Shown: piece after piece, positions 35,901 to 39,012 of the stretch
How positions within the stretch are numbered: position 1 is the stretch's first letter
Layout of the letters: every line of letters starts with the position of its first letter
Assembly (NCBI GenBank): GCA_900314125.1
Contig: OMUD01000312.1
Coordinates: 1-39,012 of the forward strand
Direction of reading: 5' to 3'
DNA: 39,012 nucleotides
Source: an uncultured Prevotellaceae bacterium
GTDB taxonomy: Bacteria > Bacteroidota > Bacteroidia > Bacteroidales > Bacteroidaceae
Position numbers and translations under genes: made by a program
Notes under the pieces: generated by a model
Told to the model about the DNA's origin: nothing
Seen by the model: the letters and a program-made list of their open reading frames with translations, nothing else
Database searches by the model: none

Positions 35901-36939
35901 GCAAATTGTTGAGATGGAACGTCAATTAAGACTTGAACAAGGAAGAAAAAAGAAGAATCAAGACAAAGGAAAGATAGAAGATTTGAAATCGCAAATCAAT
36001 GACTTGAAGAATGAATTGGCTAATTCAACCGAAACCATCGTCAATGAAATGTTGGGTATCAGCGGTGTGGCAGGATTTGCCGAAGACTTGGTTTCTTCAA
36101 TGATTTCCGCATTCAAGGAAGGTGAAGACTACATGGACGTGTTCAACGGCAAATGGGATGACATGATAGACCACATGATAATGAAATTGGTTGTTGGTAA
36201 AGTGATAGGTGATTATTTCAACGACTTGTTCAAGCAAATGGAAGGAATCGTTGAAGAAAGGACAAGGAAAGAGGCAAATGAATACACGAACTTGGTCGCT
36301 GCGAGGGATGCAGGTGCTGCTACAATGTCAAACGGCAAGTTGCGTGAATTCCTAATCATGCAACGGATGCAAAACCTTGGCTACACGGATTCTTGGGATT
36401 GGGCTGAACAAGACCAACGAGGGTATAGTGCTTTCGTGAAATCCCTTTCAGATGATTACTTGAACAACTATCGCAAAGCACTTAATGAAAATATTGCTAT
36501 TGCGGAAAGGAACTTGAAGGAAGCAAGCGATGTGGCAACCTATGAAAGTTATGAATTGTTGTTGAATTCAAGGGAAGGTGCGGAAGAAAGAGTGAAGATG
36601 TTGAAAGACATCTTGGCACAATATGGAATCAAGTTTGGTGAAGGAACGAACAAGGAACTTTCCCAATTGCAACAAGGGATACAAGGAATAACGGAGGACA
36701 CGGCTGGAGCATTGGAAGCCTATATGAATGGTGTGTCACAACAAGTTTACTTGCAATCCGACTTGCTTACGCAAATAAGGGATATTATGGTCGGATATGA
36801 TTTCACGTTGCAAAGTGCGACAAATGCGGAAATTTTATTATCTTTGCAACAAAGTTATCAAGTGCAGATGGCTATACAATCCATATTGGTGGGATGGTCA
36901 AACGCAAGTGGTCAAGCCGTTAGGGTTGAAATGATATGA
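29929..36939 (+). CDS. tail tape measure protein (2336 aa)
   Basis: A TP901-type core is present (QLKTMALNSPFTAMQLTESARQLSALGFEADELVGTVKRLGDISAAIG...GQVQTYGYLTSLQARTF). Hydrophobic segments follow (AGAIAFGISKIIQLIARMAMW, FFWATIVIGAITDIIM), and coiled-coil is extensive. It sits downstream of G/GT. Confidence 0.9.
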   Translation: MANEGSTIILANLNTEELEKSIKKVVDAVENGSKEMAKKFDTSINAMIESMKKLSSLSNDVSTHTEKSTSSRVKESKAVNETATSYDDLAKAVKKVIDSNDGIKKAFSHEELQSYIALLRNIHSEYRNMAMNGTSTTITQEKMQGWMQSLEQVIAKYKEILTNIDYVNNRQGTISTKQWMQDFSSQDERLKQLNNWYKELEKEDQKRISNIESEKKAREQMAEAARKAELRYQDAVMKTQFMRTMKMPTDNLEQMQKKVERLKIELASLQDVGLLSPAQIVRAEQEIGKLNSQIAQIATTTQQNTQAQQQYGRTAQEVQEAHARGVQQQIQWQEELKRKTMEAGSAAQKSASEIINAAHAALSQGLSPDAFLNKANLNNGSIVRQLTDDINNMRNAYYSIAKDDRESPLARALKKDMENAIQARNALNALANTEAGTNRAMMATAQIASATNAQYDALKTTIARLEYEYNKLSEAEKRTEKGQKLAQDIQNAKQKLDTFKESAKTASQAAAQLSQEEEKVSSSAKKLSNSHKEATQSNNALTRSFNYMKNRMAFYLTVGATTQFVKQLADIRGQYEMTERSLQILTDSAQKGTEIFNQLKTMALNSPFTAMQLTESARQLSALGFEADELVGTVKRLGDISAAIGAPIDRISYALGQVQTYGYLTSLQARTFMRMGIPLVKSLAEEYSKLEGHVVTTGDVFQRMKDKAISYNDVMRVVNRMTDEGGRFFDYQAKVSETLRVQLSNLSLAWENMLNNIGKSNQSLLASPIKLLRALFTHWQAISRVVKAGAIAFGISKIIQLIARMAMWTNHQRWAFEMTFGKKMATKMRGFSTGLSAMFKSTFFWATIVIGAITDIIMHSSQMSERIRKINESIKEGAAETSKNIEDYLKNSNEIENSLYRNVEVKDQQSGKVTTQRVNVDISMKDAQPAWEELRNEIENSSQNADVFITQLMQIDNISERLRKGFDVARLIQNANSALKEMKDDAIEVNQDTWLWGLFGEGMKSDLKDYKEELKHVEDVWGSIDSLMKQGEDRLNGNALNAIRNLKIAQKEFADEVATTSASIEKFLDGHTLDLSVGFGVFDADKFTEQWVVAQEQVDIIAKKVAEQEELTAQETYDFRKELNTQLYAHYHQLLLRQVDESKGADKSVALERVRIFEDTWETNRVSLDRFLNWMKNENSSAVLDMYNQFTDNGRQAFKLTSDEGKAKIDELLKKFKQNNFFAYEDLKDKVKLANLLEVFIPVIFGVKSDPSAWITEGFKEHMEKASKELKDAQDELVSVNAALQSKSINKNEQDKLEKRREDLNATIKRLKEEKDRFNYTSDSESKQQAKDAKAAETARKKALKEQEKAENKARRAREKAQREAEQEQRRREQELAKALRDEVSLVEKLRTSYDKLRKEGVAPETITSTLLNNYDATFKDIDKIVKQYGLKGFDFFDFVNPFTNTFAHDNTIFTFFEEQLKVVRNSSFKTRDALKSLEELLAKMREESWTKTMEDITKVMGENIDSLSTNYELSLDVEENPELSELFSNMMGIDVSELLKDAPKSLKEFTDEVNNIVGGAMNAYLVNIGNKDTFENFMSIRSGEEFNILDETQFKRLREILTEDSQLFKDIEKLRDDLIKKNRKFFDDAQKTFDDYLSKYGKYADKVREIEEKRIQDMQTLDNAYYSDELKKTEDYARKKQAIERMTQKELQKLSFEEFKDSEWYITMFGDLDNMSMTTLDVLIGKLQEMKDTMKELDPQNLKTIQTEIDKIMTIRAKKSPIKNFVKDIKEYNRLAKQRKQLEKDLVVSQQSVDNQKMVVELAAKQVEEAKKKYGVNSEEYQMAQNNLKVQQDILDTQKKDNESLVKKLKRYGSLKKLLEEEAGAVQEFLDSINKYAQLFGDFLESIGDNTGLEDTTRKLSDLVGVAQSAVEGFKTGGVWGAVIAGALSLGTTIAKWLSGDGSIDKALQRSELRVKQLERAYSNLEESVNDAYGTMVVGLQKAQIENKKLQIVEMERQLRLEQGRKKKNQDKGKIEDLKSQINDLKNELANSTETIVNEMLGISGVAGFAEDLVSSMISAFKEGEDYMDVFNGKWDDMIDHMIMKLVVGKVIGDYFNDLFKQMEGIVEERTRKEANEYTNLVAARDAGAATMSNGKLREFLIMQRMQNLGYTDSWDWAEQDQRGYSAFVKSLSDDYLNNYRKALNENIAIAERNLKEASDVATYESYELLLNSREGAEERVKMLKDILAQYGIKFGEGTNKELSQLQQGIQGITEDTAGALEAYMNGVSQQVYLQSDLLTQIRDIMVGYDFTLQSATNAEILLSLQQSYQVQMAIQSILVGWSNASGQAVRVEMI

Positions 36940-37541
36940 TTAAGGTGCTTATGGATAAGGAAATGTTCACATTCTACAAAAATGCTCTCTCTGATAACCT
37001 TTGTGATGAATACAAGGGTTATTGGAGGGGAGCAAATGATGACAAAAAGAAACTTGTTTCGTTGTCACTAATCCAACAATCCATCCCGTTCTTCGCAAGT
37101 TACGCATATAATGGGAAAGGATTGTCAAGGGAATATCTTTTGGAAGAATTTACGGACTACATCAACGGAAAAGAAACACTATATGATTGTGATGGTGTGC
37201 ATGGATTTTCCTATCAATTGTATGTTGACTATAAGGGGGATTGTGTGGACTTGCAAAGTGATGTCAGTCATTTCATGTGGTGTGATGGGTTGACGATTGA
37301 AGTTGGGGAAACGAAATGTCCTACGATATACATATCAAACAAAAGCAAAGTCAATCTTGTGTGCCTTGGCTACAACAATGTCCGTGTGTATATGTTTGAC
37401 GAAAGCGAATTGACGATAGATGATTGTGATGAAGAATCGTCCGTTACAATCCTTAAATATTCCGACAAATGCAAAGTTGGCAAAAGTAAGTTTTGCTTTA
37501 GCGACAAGATAAAAGAACATGAAAAAACATTACGTTTATGA
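36936..37541 (+). CDS. Cys-rich hypothetical protein (201 aa)
   Basis: It has an ATGA overlap with the tape-measure stop. Eleven Cys are present, including CDGVHGF, MWCDGLTIEVGETKCP, VCLGYN, DDCDEE and CKVGKSKFC. The C-terminus has short repeated beta-like segments. Confidence 0.5.
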   Translation: MIKVLMDKEMFTFYKNALSDNLCDEYKGYWRGANDDKKKLVSLSLIQQSIPFFASYAYNGKGLSREYLLEEFTDYINGKETLYDCDGVHGFSYQLYVDYKGDCVDLQSDVSHFMWCDGLTIEVGETKCPTIYISNKSKVNLVCLGYNNVRVYMFDESELTIDDCDEESSVTILKYSDKCKVGKSKFCFSDKIKEHEKTLRL

Positions 37542-38314
37542 TTGACGGATTAAATGAAAAATATTATGTCAAACGTGGTAACGAAACGTATGCTGACATG
37601 ACCACAAAATTTGATGGTGTAAAAATATTGAAGGTTGAAGGTATGTTCGACAAAGGCGATGCTGTCAACATATACAATGAGCAATGGAATGACAGCCAGA
37701 TTGAAGACTACCTTATAACCACACTTGACAATGACAACAACCCTGTTGTGGTTAGGAAGAACACAGACATCAAGATTACATTTGTGGTATCAACAAAGTA
37801 TGCGAATGGCACTATAGATGTAGGTAAGAAACATGATGAATTTCTATCTTACATGATGGATGGTGCTTTGTGGGTGAAATCACTATACACGAACAAGGAA
37901 TCATATTGTGTTTGCTTGTCAAGTTATTCACCGCAAAAAATCAAATTGCATCGTGATTTCGGAACATATATACTTGGTCAAATCACATTGCATCAATTGC
38001 AATTGCCTAATGACGTGAAAACGCAATATGTGGGTGACTTGTATATTGGACTTGGTGGTGCTACACTTTCCGATGTTTCGCAACTTACAAATGTGCAACA
38101 CTATAATGTTGCTGATGCAAGTGGAACTTATTCCGTCAACATTGGTGCTACAAATTATGTGTGGATATGCACAAGTGGAAGCATAAGCAACGTTGTGTCA
38201 AGTGGTTGGAAAGTCCCGATGAATGGCAGTGTCAATGTCGGAACATTGCGTTGCTATAGGACATCCAATCGCATCCTTCCACACACGATGAATTTTACAA
38301 TTGAAACAACTTAA
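37538..38314 (+). CDS. distal tail protein (Dit)-like, with the same C-terminal add-on module as 27254-27991
   Basis: It has an ATGA overlap. Its position is two genes after the tape measure, and the N-terminus is beta-rich (FDGVKILKVEGMFDKGDAVNIY...). C-terminal residues 164-258 (38027-38311) are about half identical to 27701-27988. Confidence 0.45.
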   Translation: MIDGLNEKYYVKRGNETYADMTTKFDGVKILKVEGMFDKGDAVNIYNEQWNDSQIEDYLITTLDNDNNPVVVRKNTDIKITFVVSTKYANGTIDVGKKHDEFLSYMMDGALWVKSLYTNKESYCVCLSSYSPQKIKLHRDFGTYILGQITLHQLQLPNDVKTQYVGDLYIGLGGATLSDVSQLTNVQHYNVADASGTYSVNIGATNYVWICTSGSISNVVSSGWKVPMNGSVNVGTLRCYRTSNRILPHTMNFTIETT

Positions 38315-38323
38315 ATAACATGA

Positions 38324-39012
38324 ATGACTATGGCTGATATTAACGTTTATGGAACACTAAAAACAATGGCAGAAGACCAAAAGGTTGCTTATGCCAATCA
38401 AGTGTTTGATGAAGATTTGAATAAAGACCAACACACAATCAATCTTGAATTAGATGAAAAGATTGACTATAATGTTGAAGAGTTGAGAGATGATGTGCTT
38501 GGTGATGAATGGGTGGATGAGATACACGGAAGAAGATTTTTATCGCTTGGCAGTGAATATGGGTGGTATAGGAATTATACCACTTTAAGAAAGGAATCAA
38601 CATTGTATGGGAATTGGAATACCAATGTGATAGGATTCAAGGTCAAAGCAGGAGATAAGTTCAGATTGGTTGGTATTTCAACAAATACAGCAACTGCTGG
38701 CTGGAACACCGCACCAATGGCTTGCTTTTATGACATTTATGAAGTGCCAACTGCAAGTGGTTCTTCACCATCGAATTACACCTTCCCGAATGCTCAATAT
38801 GTGGGTAGTTACTCCCCAGAGAAAGAAAGACCTATTGACGATATAGTGGAGATACCACAAGGTGTTGGGATGGTTGCATTTATGGCAACTAAAAGTGGTG
38901 TGGTAAGCAGCGGCGGTTATCTATGGTATGCTGCTGATGATAAGTCTTCATGCTATAGATACCTTGGTAATGTGTTATCCATTGCTGATAAGACAGGCTA
39001 CAAGATTGACAC
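38324..39012 (+). CDS. tail-tip / baseplate-associated protein, 5' partial (runs off the right edge)
   Basis: ATG at 38324, or 38330 (MADINVYGTLKTMAEDQKVAYANQVF...). My hand translation finds the frame open to base 39012. It is absent from the ORF track because no stop lies in the window. Confidence 0.55.
   Translation, partial: MTMADINVYGTLKTMAEDQKVAYANQVFDEDLNKDQHTINLELDEKIDYNVEELRDDVLGDEWVDEIHGRRFLSLGSEYGWYRNYTTLRKESTLYGNWNTNVIGFKVKAGDKFRLVGISTNTATAGWNTAPMACFYDIYEVPTASGSSPSNYTFPNAQYVGSYSPEKERPIDDIVEIPQGVGMVAFMATKSGVVSSGGYLWYAADDKSSCYRYLGNVLSIADKTGYKID

Noticed and set aside
1-39012. A lysogeny module (integrase, repressor, att site), or defence/anti-defence genes of known families.
   Set aside because: No tyrosine/serine recombinase, CI-like repressor or recognisable known anti-defence motif was seen in any listed ORF. 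Such genes may lie outside this window.

Overview
This window reads as about 39 kb of an AT-rich tailed dsDNA phage. A tape-measure gene plus a G/GT frameshifted chaperone, with no sheath gene seen, suggests a long non-contractile tail. TAnnTTTG promoter-like boxes and near-absence of Shine-Dalgarno sequences suggest a Bacteroidota host; that is inference only. There are three transcription blocks. (1) The rightward early/replication block (340-9907) holds a winged-helix initiator-like protein, a start-less NUMOD1/IENR1 homing-endonuclease remnant, a PrimPol-SF4 helicase fusion, two tandem beta-class DNA methyltransferases, tRNA-Gln(UUG) with its own promoter box, a DnaN sliding clamp, a DUF2400-like protein, a DnaA-domain-IV-like HTH protein, a RuvC-like resolvase, a zinc-ribbon protein and a small HExxH protein. 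(2) The leftward block (22991-9918) holds the large terminase, portal, a three-gene lysis cassette (TM/coiled-coil protein, Amidase_3 endolysin, lipoprotein with C-terminal TM) and a 1692-aa fibre with a collagen-like (GDK)9 tract. A strong terminator and a new promoter box then precede a six-gene ORFan cassette with a Gly/Asn/Phe-rich protein, an R/G/Y/D-rich mini-protein and a second HExxH paralog. (3) The rightward structural block (23182 to the right edge) holds scaffold, decoration-like protein, major capsid protein, connectors, tail terminator-like protein, tail tube, G/GT chaperones, a 2336-aa tape measure, a Cys-rich protein, a Dit-like protein and a partial tail-tip gene. No integrase, CRISPR array, reverse transcriptase or recoding-type tRNA is visible. 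The best candidates for undescribed biology are the insulated ORFan cassette (9918-13030), the convergent mini-zincin pair, and a C-terminal module shared by a neck-side and a tip-side tail protein. All family assignments come from motif reading and memory; no search was run.
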